A stretch of 64,000 bases of DNA. Origin: Guillardia theta CCMP2712 (lineage: Eukaryota > Protista > Cryptophyta). Below the pieces are notes generated by a model. That model was not told the origin of the DNA and searched no databases. It saw only the letters and a list, made by a program, of their open reading frames with translations. Below, one piece after another: positions 12,621 to 23,775 of this stretch. The stretch spans positions 381,821 to 445,820 of the forward strand of contig NW_005434602.1 of NCBI RefSeq assembly GCF_000315625.1, given 5' to 3'. Both the position numbers and the translations under genes were made by a program. How positions within the stretch are numbered: position 1 is the stretch's first letter; the number at the start of each line of letters is the position of its first letter.

Positions 12621-12802
12621 AAGAAGCAAGGACAAGAAGCAAGGACAAGAAGCAAGGACAAGAAGCAAGGACAAGAAGCAAGGACAAGAAGCAAGGACAA
12701 GAAGCAAGGACAAGAAGCAAGGACAAGAAGCAAGGACAAGAAGCAAGGACAAGAAGCAAGGACAAGAAGCAAGGACAAGAAGCAAGGACAAGAAGCAAGG
12801 AC
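12621..12802. repeat. 13-bp tandem repeat (AAGAAGCAAGGAC), about 14 copies
   Basis: Read directly from the sequence. Confidence 0.95.
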
Positions 12803-12877
12803 GAGCACGAGGTCAAGGGCAAGGATATATAGATAGTCGCAGGACAAGTGCGCATGCGGCTGTCTACATAGCTGATA

Positions 12878-14816
12878 GTGAAAGAAAAGTTGGTGATGGT
12901 CCATTCTATTCTCAGCACTGGACATCGATTGGTACCAGCATGGACAATCAGTCTAGACAAGCTTGACAATGAAAATGAAAAAGAAAACACGGAGGGAAAT
13001 GGGATCTTAAGTGCGAGAGAAGGCAGACAACAAATCTTGCTCAGAGCTCAAACAGCAAGAAGTTCAACGTCTCTTTATTCCCCCATCATGAAACATCGAC
13101 GACTCTCAACGATTGAATCTTCTCCCAAACGCTCACCGCTGACTATTCGAGGAGCGATGAAGACAATGGTGACACCATCGCCCTTTAAACTGCAGGCTTG
13201 GAGGGGATCAAACACAGAAGGCATGCTCTTGAAACGTGAGCGACGAGTGTCTGTCAGAGCTATGGGCAGCCTGAGCGTTGAGGAGGAGGCGAAGACTCTC
13301 TTTCATCAGCTCGAAGATCAAAGCATGCGCAGGGAGAGTACCAGCGAGGACCCAACGGTCGAGCTCAAGAGCGTGACTGGCGATACTAGCGGTTTGCGGA
13401 GAAGAAAGAGCTCGACGAAAAGTCTTGTGAGGCTGCTGAGCAGAGGAAGTGGGAAGAATCGGATGGAGGAAGGGAACGTAGAGAAGGAGAGCACAAGAAG
13501 CTCTCTCAGCTCAAAGGAAGAGGACATGCTGAGGAAGAGAACCCGAGAAAGCCGCGCAAAGCCTTGGCAGGTTGAAAAGCACAACATTCGCAACAAAGTC
13601 AAGAAGACTATGATCGTAGCATCGGTGATACACCCTCGCCCTCCCCTTCTTCTCTCCCTTCTGACTTGAGTACGATGGGCTTCTCTCTCTTGTGCTGTCC
13701 TCACTTTGCATGTCCCTCTCTCCTCACCTCCCTGCCAGGCGTGGAAGCTCACCAAGGACTTGGAGGGTCTCAGAAACGACATCGACGAATGTAGAAAGAC
13801 TCTGCTAGACGCGGACGAGCTGCTGAGGGCAAAGACGGTGAAGAAGATGCCGTGGCTTGCTTCTGTTGACTAAGTGCAGGAGGAAAAGAGTGAAGGGGTT
13901 GGGGATTTCTCCACTCCCAAAGGAAGGAAGAGTCTGTGAGTGTGATGGAGGAGTTTGAAGGAGAGAGGGTCGGGATGCAAAGAGCATGACGAGAATTTGG
14001 GGGAATATGAGGATAGAGAGTGACTGAACACATGAACAGCCCTTGCTTGACTTTCGATCGAGATCTTCATGGTAGCTCAGGCAAGAGGAGGTGGGCAGGC
14101 GTCAGAACGGTTCGTGCTTGTCAGGTCTTCTCTCAGCTCTTCTCACGTTTCCTACTCAGGTACTCCAGCTATCAAGAAGCCGCCGCCTCAAGACCAACTC
14201 TCCGCTCCTTAACTCTCCCAGCAACAAGAAGATCGTCAGGTCAGTCTCTCTCCTCCTTCCCCTCGTACTCAACTTTCTGCTCTCTCCTGCCTCAATCCTT
14301 TGCCCCTGTTTCCGTTCCCCATCATCCCCTCTTACTCTGCATGCTAGATCATCTGCATGGAGGCAGCGGCTTGACCTCTCCGCCTGTGATTCCCCCGCCG
14401 CTTCTCCCTCTCAATCTCACGGTCTCTTGCATTCTTATGCAGCGCTTGCACGTGACAATGACGCAGAGTCTTCATCCTCCCTCCTTCCCTCCTGCTCCTC
14501 CTCCTCTGTCGCCTCTTCCTGCTCTCTCCTCCTCCACAGCCCGGAACCCTCACGGCGCTACATCCCCGGGGTCGGAAAGATGTGGGTCTACACGCATCGG
14601 GGGAAGGTGGTGCAGGTGATTGGCAAGGAGTTGCCTCCGGAGCTGGTGAGAAGGACGAGCGACGAAGCTGCTGGTGACCTGCTGCCTCCTCCAGGTGATG
14701 GCGAGAGGCGAAGACAAGGGCGACAACGAGATGGAGCAAACCTGCGATGCTGCGGGTGCGAGAAGGAGGGAAGAGGATCAGAGCTGAGAGAGGAACGTGA
14801 GATTGCTTGTACATGA
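12878..14816 (+). CDS. Hypothetical S/R/K-rich multi-exon protein
   Basis: A 263-aa ORF at 12878-13669 plus further + strand exon-like segments with pyrimidine-rich introns. No domain recognised. Confidence 0.4.
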
Positions 14817-15288
14817 AAGTTTGAGGAAGATCGACACAAGCACAAGCACTGATAGCTACAACTAGCACTATGACAATGATCGCTCCTGCAGATCATTCTG
14901 ATCATCTGATCATGCCGCTCTGGATGATGATCAAGATGAGGAGGGGGAGGGCGACACTGCTGCGAGTGGTGGTGATGATGGTGGTGGTGAAGATTATATA
15001 ATCTCGCAGTTGAGCTGATGAGGAAAGGAGATGTTAGCGGTAACGCAGTGAGTGATGACGATACGTCGTCCTTTTTGCCAGGATAGTTTTATTTTTCAGA
15101 GGAACAAACAAGACCACTCACACAGTGATTAGAACTCAACTCTCTAGATTATCATTAAAGCAAACGCCGTCAGACGATGTTTATATGTACACATGTAGCA
15201 TACTTGTACGTCTCTGGTCCCTTCACTAAAGGCTTTTGGAAGAAGTAAACGAGGGAGAGGAAGGTCAGGGCAGAACCAGACAGGGCCA

Positions 15289-17106
15289 CTAGTCGTCGAA
15301 GGTGATCTTCTTGCCAGTGCTCTCTTGGATCGACCCCTTGTTCTTGTTTGGTGTCCCTCCAAACCCGCCTCGCCCACCTCCTCTGCCTCCGCCACGTCCT
15401 CCACCGCCACGTCCTCCTCCAAAACCTCCACGGCCACCGCCTCGTCCTCCACCTCCTCCACCGCCTGCACTGCCTGCACTGCCTGGAGGCTTGCGATCTT
15501 CCGCGAAGTCCACGCGGATTGCACGACCCGCCACGAACTCCCCGCCCTTAGCCACAGCCAAGTCAGTCGCGCTGGACTCAGCGAACTGCACGTGGCCGAA
15601 GCCCTTAAAGTCTCCGGTCTCTCGGTCCGTCGCAAAGCGAACGTTGACAACTTCGCCGCAGTCCGCGAAGAAGCTGCGGATCGTGTCCTCATCCACGTCC
15701 CATGAGAGGTTTCCCATGAAGATGGTCGTGCAACCGTCCGGCTTTGGCTTTGGCTCGCGGTTTGGCGTGAATGGTTTCTTGCCTGCGCTTCCCTCCGTGC
15801 CGTCCGCCTCCTTGACTTTGACCCATCGGCCCATCAGCTCCTGCCCATCCATAGCAACAGCCTTGGCGACAGAGTCTGCGTCCTTGAAGGTAAGGAAGCC
15901 AAAGCCTGCCGGGCGACTATCGGCATTCATGGGGAGCTCAATGTTCTCGATGGCACCACAAGACTCAAACATTTTCTTGATGTCCTTCTCAGTAGCCTTG
16001 AAGGGGAGGCCGCCCAGGAACACTCTGCGCTTGTCTCCCGCGGCACCATCCTCCTTCTTGGCCTTTTCGGGTTCCTTTCTCTTCTTAGAAGCCTCTGCCA
16101 TCTCCTCGTCTTCGTCTTCGTCAGAATCCTCTTCTTTCGAGGCTTTCTTGGTTGCGACGGCACCCTTATCAGTCTTGGCTTTCTTTGCCGCAGGCTTCTC
16201 ATCCTCACTCTCTTCGCTAGAGTCTGAGTCTGAAGACTCCTCTTTCTTTGCAGCTGCCTTCTTATCCGCAGGCTTCTTTTTCTTGTCAGAGTCGTCGTCG
16301 GACTCAGAGTCAGAGTCTTCCTCAGACGAGCTCTCCTCCTTGGCTTTCTTCGATGCAGCAGCCTTCTTGGCATCGGGCTTGGCCTTCGCTGGTTTCTCAT
16401 CTTCTTCCTCAGAGGAATCTTCATCCGAAGACTCCTCCTTCTTGGCGGCCTTCTTGGCATCGGGCTTGGCCGCTGCCTTCTTGGGCTTCTCCTCCTCGTC
16501 AGAATCATCTGACTCTGACTCGTCTGAGCTTTCCTTCTTGGCGGCCTTCTTGGCATCGGGCTTGGCCTTTGCTGGTTTCTCATCTTCTTCCTCAGAGGAA
16601 TCTTCATCCGAAGACTCCTCCTTCTTGGCGGCCTTCTTGGCATCGGGCTTGGCCGCTGCCTTCTTGGGCTTCTTCTTCTCCTCCTCATCAGAATCTGAGT
16701 CAGAGTCTTCATCCGAAGACTCCTTCTTGGCGGCCTTCTTGGCATCGGGCTTGGCCGCTGCCTTCTTGGGCTTCTCCTCCTCGTCAGAATCATCTGACTC
16801 TGACTCGTCTGAGCTTTCCTTCTTGGCGGCCTTCTTTGCATTCTTCTTCACCGGAGCTTTCTTAGCTCCCTCATCTTCCGAACTGTCATCCTCCGAGCTG
16901 CTTTCCTTGGCTTCCTTCTTGGCTGGAGCTTTCTTGGCCGCAGTCTCCTTCTTCGAGGTCACTTTTTCCTCCTCCGAGTCGGATGAGGAGTCGGAAGATG
17001 ACTCTTCTTCTGACTCTTCCTTCTTGCTCTTCACGGCTTTCAGCTCCTCCTTCTTCCCGACCAGCGATTTCGACTTCTTGGTCTGCGTGGTTCCGCCCAT
17101 TGCCAT
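15289..17106 (-). CDS. NCL: Nucleolin/Nsr1/Gar2-like protein
   Basis: Alternating acidic-Ser and basic N-terminal repeats, two RRMs (VFLGGL...GFGFLTF; IFMGNL...KGFGHVQF), an RGG box and a KKITFDD terminus. Confidence 0.93.
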   Translation of the reverse strand: MAMGGTTQTKKSKSLVGKKEELKAVKSKKEESEEESSSDSSSDSEEEKVTSKKETAAKKAPAKKEAKESSSEDDSSEDEGAKKAPVKKNAKKAAKKESSDESESDDSDEEEKPKKAAAKPDAKKAAKKESSDEDSDSDSDEEEKKKPKKAAAKPDAKKAAKKEESSDEDSSEEEDEKPAKAKPDAKKAAKKESSDESESDDSDEEEKPKKAAAKPDAKKAAKKEESSDEDSSEEEDEKPAKAKPDAKKAAASKKAKEESSSEEDSDSESDDDSDKKKKPADKKAAAKKEESSDSDSSEESEDEKPAAKKAKTDKGAVATKKASKEEDSDEDEDEEMAEASKKRKEPEKAKKEDGAAGDKRRVFLGGLPFKATEKDIKKMFESCGAIENIELPMNADSRPAGFGFLTFKDADSVAKAVAMDGQELMGRWVKVKEADGTEGSAGKKPFTPNREPKPKPDGCTTIFMGNLSWDVDEDTIRSFFADCGEVVNVRFATDRETGDFKGFGHVQFAESSATDLAVAKGGEFVAGRAIRVDFAEDRKPPGSAGSAGGGGGGGRGGGRGGFGGGRGGGGRGGGRGGGRGGFGGTPNKNKGSIQESTGKKITFDD

Positions 17107-17944
17107 TGCAGTCGTGGACAAGCTAGATGCTTTGAGGTGTCTGAAACTCTATCGAGTGATCCTTAGAGTGGCGCAGGAGGCGAGCGGAAGACGCGTGGCA
17201 GGAGATGGAGGGGGAGCGATGAGAGAAGAGGAGAAGGAGCAAGGAAAGGTGAAGGGATCGGGGGACCGCACGTGCAATTCTTAGCAGTTACAACGTAACG
17301 GAGATCAAAAAGGGTGGGGGTGATTTAATAAGGGGTGGGTTCTAGAATAGAGAAAAGCCAGGGGGTGAGGGTAATATGAAATGAAGCAAGACAAGGTCTC
17401 ATTCAAAGGGTCCTAGGTCGGGTGATTGGGGGGTGGGTGTCGACATCCAGGAACATCCACGAGGGGTACTCGAGTCTCCCGGGGTGATGGGGGTGATACC
17501 CGTCCAATTCAGTAGTAGGTAGGGTATGAGCTCTAGGATGCAGGGGCAGGCAAGGGAGGGGGTATGAACGAGGTGGGTAGGGGTTATTATGGGTCATTTC
17601 TAGGCCACAGGGGTCAGGGAATCAGTCAGGGAATAGAAGGGTATTTGTGTGAGAGGGTGGAAATCGAGGGGTAGTATGGGGTGGCCGGTGGTTGAATCAT
17701 ATTTCTAATATACCGGTGTTCAACGAAATATGAGGGGTACGTATGGACTCTGAAATTGGGATACGAAGGGGTTGCAATACTCCATCAGTGAGGTAGGGTG
17801 GTAACCCCTATGTGACAATGGGTGTCTTGAATGAGGTTCACTGGGGGTGGGTGGCTCAGAGGACCAAAAAAAAAAAAAAAACTCTCGGAGAATGCCAGTG
17901 TTGCACATGCGGGACCACCCTACCCATAGGTTGTTTCAAAACTA

Positions 17945-18860
17945 CCCCTTGTCCAACTGATTTTTAACTTAACCGTTTGAGTAAACAAACTTGAAACCCT
18001 GCCAGCCACGGCGCTGCCTTTCTTGCCCCGGACTCCGGGAGCGGCCGGCGACCGTCGGACCCGGGGCCGGCGGCCGCACCCGCCGGGCCCGGGCCGGCAT
18101 GCCATGATGCGTCACTCAGTAGTGATACTACCGTTAACTTAGTAACGGTTCCTTGAAGTCCCCCCAGCGGCTTCACTTAAAACTCAGTGACTGCCATACC
18201 AAGTCATCATGATATGTGAAGTGCCACTGTCTCCGCTCGGACTCCGGCGGAGTATACGGTCCGCTACGGTCCGGGCGGTTCGTCGGAGTCTATCCGGGCC
18301 GCTCCGGCCGCGGCCCCCGGGGCCCGGCCCGGCGGGGGGGGGGGCGCGACGCACGGACTCGGGACTCCCGAGCCTCGGAGTCCGCCACCGTACGGTACGG
18401 TCGGGAGTCGGAGTAGGCTCGCCGGATTCGGCCCGGCCGCGGGGGCCGGCCGGCCCACTGTATGATCGAGTCATGCCCGGCCAGTGCCGGGCACTGCGGC
18501 AGTCACGTTGCCAGTAGTAAAGCCTTTTGCCAGGGTACTAATGATTTTTTTTGGCCTCTGTCCACTCGGAAGCCTTAGCCCGGCTCGGCGCCAGCCGGGA
18601 AGCCTACCGTACTGTGCCGTGTCACGGGATGACCGTTCAAAGCGGCCGCCGCTGGGCGGCCGACGGGGTGTCACCCGAGACCGTGACGCGGCACTGCGGC
18701 AGGGTCACTACTGAGTACCGTGTAGTGGTGGTCACTGATCGTCCCGAGGCTGGCCCCCGGCACCCCTGGACTAGCCCAGCGGGTGACGGTCACAGTACCC
18801 GGTAGTACAGTGCCTAGGGGTGAGTACGGCACGGTCACCGTGGCACCCATGCCTTGAAAG
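17945..18860. promoter_or_regulatory. GC-rich island between divergent genes, with a variant of the AT-rich motif at 17949-17985
   Basis: TTGTCC-AACTGATTTTTAACTTAACCGTTTGAGTAAA, lying between nucleolin (-) and ORF 18861 (+). Confidence 0.55.
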
Positions 18861-20747
18861 TTGAAGAAATTACTACCAGTAAAATCTGAACTTAGTGAGG
18901 CGGCTTGCTGGCGAATTGAATATGGTAACTCAAATTTAAAAAACTTGCCTAGAAAACCATTTCGAGGAACGGATGAAGCGCCGTTCATAAAAGTGTCTAG
19001 GGGCCACGGGGAGGACGGTGACGAGATGGCTGCATACGTGGAAGAAACGATCAAGGCACAAGCCAACGTGCAGACGTTTGTGGAGCAGACAAGAAATCAT
19101 GCCAGAAAGGTGCTTGAAAAGATTTACCCTGATCTTCCCAAGAAGATGGCGCAAGCCAAGAACTACGTGTCGCCCTCAACTGTCTTGCTCATTGTTCTCA
19201 TCGCCGGCCTTCAACGAAACTTAGCCGCTTGGCTCATGGCCCTGCTGATTTCTGTTTGGTTGGAGTGGGGACAAACAGCAGTGATGGACAGGTCTGTGGA
19301 GCCTCTGGAGAGGAGTCTCCGTTTAACCCGACTGTGCGTGTACCTTGCAGTGGTTGCAAGCTTTAACCTCTACATTTGGTACGCAATGTTGTATGAAAGG
19401 GCAGTCGTAGCTGTCGTCATCTATGTAGGACTTCTGCTTTTGCTGGCTATTCCATTCGTCTGCTTTTTTGTGGTGTTTCGCGGAGGTGATCAGACCAACA
19501 GGAGAAGAAAAGCTTCGCTCATTGTGCAGTCTCTCTTTGTTCTTGTCACGTACCCTCTTGGACTCTATTTCGTGTATTCTGATAAACTTCTGGGGGCAGT
19601 AGCCACAGGGGTGTTATCTGCCTACACGACACTAGCATTCAGTCCTTTCTTTGATGCGCTAAGTGAACAGATCCTTGGCAAGATTGGTCCAGTTTCGATA
19701 TCGATATTTGCCGCATTGCAGAAGTGCAATTTCCCAATTATAGCTCTGTTTGTACTGCATTCTATGGCAGATAACGTGGAAAAGGGCATCGTATACTTTG
19801 TTTGCCGAAAAGAGTATCCTGTTATTGTTCAGAAAGTGATGAATCGTCAAAATAACTTCACTTTCTTGCGCTCACCACGAACAATCCTGCGCGGGGGATA
19901 CATTGCTTTATTCCGAGACAATGTGGATCAATTCTATTTTGTGGAGAATATTGTGAATCCCTTTCAGAGACAGACATCAAATGACGTCTGCTCGGTTTTT
20001 GCTAGTACACAGTATAACTGCATACGCAAGGAAGTTACGGTTCCAACCATGGACGTGTCATACCTCAAACGATACGACGGAAGTTGCCAGTATGTTGACA
20101 CGAGAGCCCCTGGTGTAAACTTTCCCTCACAAATCTCGGAATGGTTTGCTAAGAATGTTCCCATACCTGTCTCCAAATTGAACCAGTCTTGTAAAGTGAA
20201 CACGTCACTCCTATTCGATACCGTGGACAACAGGACTTGTGAAATCATTCAAGAAACTTTGACCGGGGATTGCAACCTTCTTTACGACTTCAATATACAG
20301 GCGGGTCTAGACAAAGCGACGCAGATGCTGGAATGCAATTACACTGGCGTGAGGAAATGCAGTATTCCCACCGGTCAATTCTACACCGAGTACACAAGCA
20401 CTGTGGCGATATCAAATATGGCTGAGAACAGAATCTATCAGGTTACTTTTAATGATGGTGATTTCGCCGTACAGATCGCTGGGAAGGACATCAAGATCTA
20501 TGCAGAATCGGAATGTGCGACTTCCATTGATCTCATGTTCATCACGTTGGCGCTCAAATTCATCCTGCCGATCTTGTTGACCTATGTTGCTTCCAAGTTG
20601 GGCCTGTCAGGCAACGAGGATGAAGCGGAGGATGCAAGCGACGCCAACCATACGGCTTCTATAGTCTTTGATAAGGGTGCCGTAGATCATCCGATTCATG
20701 ACGGTGACGGAATTTTCCGTTCCTATGAGAACAAAATGTCGGTGTGA
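18861..20747 (+). CDS. Intronless multi-pass membrane protein with a Cys-rich luminal region, function unknown (ATG probably ~19026)
   Basis: A 628-codon ORF with several hydrophobic segments, an N-glycosylation/Cys-rich segment and a C-terminal TM. Confidence 0.65.
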   Translation: MKKLLPVKSELSEAACWRIEYGNSNLKNLPRKPFRGTDEAPFIKVSRGHGEDGDEMAAYVEETIKAQANVQTFVEQTRNHARKVLEKIYPDLPKKMAQAKNYVSPSTVLLIVLIAGLQRNLAAWLMALLISVWLEWGQTAVMDRSVEPLERSLRLTRLCVYLAVVASFNLYIWYAMLYERAVVAVVIYVGLLLLLAIPFVCFFVVFRGGDQTNRRRKASLIVQSLFVLVTYPLGLYFVYSDKLLGAVATGVLSAYTTLAFSPFFDALSEQILGKIGPVSISIFAALQKCNFPIIALFVLHSMADNVEKGIVYFVCRKEYPVIVQKVMNRQNNFTFLRSPRTILRGGYIALFRDNVDQFYFVENIVNPFQRQTSNDVCSVFASTQYNCIRKEVTVPTMDVSYLKRYDGSCQYVDTRAPGVNFPSQISEWFAKNVPIPVSKLNQSCKVNTSLLFDTVDNRTCEIIQETLTGDCNLLYDFNIQAGLDKATQMLECNYTGVRKCSIPTGQFYTEYTSTVAISNMAENRIYQVTFNDGDFAVQIAGKDIKIYAESECATSIDLMFITLALKFILPILLTYVASKLGLSGNEDEAEDASDANHTASIVFDKGAVDHPIHDGDGIFRSYENKMSV

Positions 20748-21014
20748 ACAGGAGTAAAGTCAAAGTAATTGTTTAATTTGTTTTTCATTGATTCGCCATG
20801 TTGTTGTGGTTATCGTATGTTCGAGCGAAGATTGCGATGACGGTGGCATCCGCTGGCTAACAGCCCTGCAAAGCATCACGGTACCGCAACGGTAGGGTAT
20901 TCTTGACCACAAGGATAAGTTGAGCTACAATGAATTCATGCTACGAATCTCAAACATCATCCTCAATCCACTGTCTTATCTTGTCCATGCTAAGAATACA
21001 ACATACAAGATCAT

Positions 21015-21107
21015 CCAGGCTCGTTCATGCCGCTCCATAAGCATGTACCAGGCTCGTTCATGCCGCTCCATAAGCATGTACCAGGCTCGTTCATGCCGCT
21101 CCATAAG
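21015..21107. repeat. 33-bp tandem repeat, about 2.8 copies
   Basis: Unit CCAGGCTCGTTCATGCCGCTCCATAAGCATGTA. Confidence 0.9.
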
Positions 21108-21305
21108 ACGTCTGGAGCGCAAGATAAACCAAGAGAAAAGTTTGAGAACTCTTGTCGGCGGAAACTACACGGACAAGTGTTGTCTAGAAAAAACAGTAAG
21201 AAGTCAAGCCAACCTCAGGCAAGATACTACTTAGTAATGAAGTCTTCAATTACAAACATGTCAAGGGTTTTCACTGCCTCCTTCTCCACTGCCAGGAATG
21301 CGGAG

Positions 21306-23735
21306 ATGGCAGGGAGGCGTGAGAAAGATGGTGGAGCCAAGCGACAGACAAGGACAGAAGAATCAAGAGGAAGAGGAGCTCCGACCAAGCAAGTAGCTCA
21401 AGAACCTAAAACATTCCATGAAGGCAAAGTCAGGGTTGTGGACTTGCTTCATGGACCATGGAGAAGTATTGGACAGGCTCTTCAGGACAGCTTGCCAGGA
21501 GATGTCATTGCAATCAATGCTGGAACATACCATGAAAACGTTGATATCAAAATTGAGGACGTGAAGCTGGTGGGAAATCGCTGTACCGGCGAAGTGACTC
21601 TCACTTCAAGATGCAGGATATTCGCGAATGTGATCAGTGTCCGCCTTGAAAATCTTTCGTTTAAACCCAAGTCTGCAAGAGTCGAAGGAGATGATGAAAC
21701 GCGACAAGAGCATGCATTGACAAGAAGAAAGATGGGTATGATTGCGATGGCATCGGACCAAAACTACCAGAATCAAGATGATTTGAACAGGAATTCTGAA
21801 TTTTGTGTGATAGTTGAAGGAGGTAGGGTGACTGTGTTGGACTGCGAGTTTCAAGATTGTCATGGTGGCATCAAAGTCTGTGGAAGGCAGGCAGAAGTTC
21901 TGGTCTATCACTGCAAGTTCTTGAAGATCTCACATGCAGCCGCCATGCTGGTGAGCGGTGGAGCTCGGGCGAGGGCGCGGGGTTCTTCCTTTCGCGGGTG
22001 CGCGGATGTTGGCATTGACATCTGTGACAGTGAGTGTACGGTAGATGAGAATGAATTTGTGGAGATGGAAAGCCATGCTGTTCTGGTTGAAATGAATGGG
22101 AGGGGAAAGATCAGAAGCAATCAGTTTTTGAATGGCCGAAAGGCGTCCATTGCTGTCTGCTCTCAGGGGGATCCTATTGTATTGGACAACAAGATCGAGA
22201 ATAGTCTTGCAACGGGAATCTTTGTGTTCGAAGGTGGTAAAGGCACGTTTGAGCATAACACGATTTCTGCAAGTTCCCTCGCAGGTATAGAAGTGAGAGA
22301 CCATGATAGCGACCCCATGATGACTGAGAATGAGATTCACCATGGGTTGAATGGTGGTATCGTGATACACAGCTATGCCAAGGGAACCGCAAAGAAGAAT
22401 AGAATTCATCACAACAAGAATGCTGGGATCACCATTTGTACGAATGCAAAATCATTCATAGTTGAGAACGAGATCTCGAATGGTCAGGGTGCCGGTGTCC
22501 TAGTACACTCCCAGGGATCTGGGGTAATCCATTCAAACTTCATCTGTTGCACGGGAAAGGCAGGTATTGAAGTCAGGCAGCAAGCTATCCCGCAGGTCAT
22601 TTCGAACAAGATAGAGGAAGCTGTTGCTCAAGGGATACACGTGCACTCTCAAGGAAGTGGATGTTTCGAAGAAAACGAGATAAGCAGGTGCCAAGGTCCT
22701 CTCATGGAAGCAAGTGACGTTGGTCAAGGCTTCATCTTCAAGAACAACGCCTTAAGAGAGGCCATTTCATACGGAATCAGACTGGAGAAGATGAAGTTTG
22801 GAGAAATAAGCTTCAACCACCTGCTCAAGCCTAGTAGATCTGGGATCATGATTGAGGCTTGTGAAAATATTCTTATATCCTCGAATAAGATCACAGACAG
22901 TTGTGAACATGGCATTCAGATCACTCAAAGTAGCAAGTGCCAAGTGGTGGATAACGTGATAGTAGCTTCAGCTTTGTCTGGAATTGACGTGATGTCCTCA
23001 AGTGATCCTCAAGTTGAAAGCAATACTTTCGACCGCGTGATAGGAGCGGGAATTTGCATTCATGACGAAGGAAAAGGCGTTTACAAGCTTAACACTATCA
23101 GAGGAAATGTGAAAGCAGGAATTGTAGTCAGGAAAATGGCTGAAGCTCGACTGATGGAAAACACTGTAATTGATGGAAAAGCCACCGGAATATATGGTAA
23201 CATTTTGACATGAGTTGGAGAGAGTGGAAGGTTATGATTGATTCCAGTATATGATGGCGCCAAAGCATACCTTGATAAAAATTTTGTGGAAAGGAACGGC
23301 TTTCATGGTGTTGCAGTGCAACAGAGTGGATCTGTAGTGATGAAACACTGTAAAATTAGTAGATCCGGACAGAACGGTCTGTTTGTATACGCCAAGGTGA
23401 GTGGGAGCAAATGAATTCAACTTGTTGAAACAATTGATTGTAAACAGGGAAGTATTGAGATGGAGAGATGCGATGTTGGACAGAACGGGAATGTAGGGAT
23501 CGTCGTGTGTGAGGGAAGTACCGCAAAGGTCTGCTGTCTTGTGTTGCTGTTGATCCTAAACCTTTGAAATACACAGGTAAGATCTTGCAAAATACATGGA
23601 CACAACTTTGAGGGAGTCTGGATTTATGACAGGGGTAATGGAATTCTGACTGACAACGATATTCGACAGAATTTAAAACCTATAAGAATAGAAGAAGTTT
23701 GTGAGGTAGAGTTGTCCGGAAACATACTTGTTTAG
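21306..23735 (+). CDS. Right-handed parallel beta-helix (PbH1/CASH, FBXO11-like) protein with 3' introns
   Basis: SIGQAL...PGDVIxINAGTYHE start, followed by many GIxV...GxxxxNxI repeats. It continues through short introns to TAG at 23733-23735. Confidence 0.8.
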
Positions 23736-23775
23736 TTTGGTTCGGATCGCTTTGCCTCTAGTGTTGGTGTAAAAT

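Noticed and set aside
12481-12990. ORFs across the 13-bp repeat
   Set aside because: Stop-free in several frames only because of the tandem repeat.
15302-17284. 660-aa + strand ORF
   Set aside because: Antisense shadow of the low-complexity nucleolin CDS.
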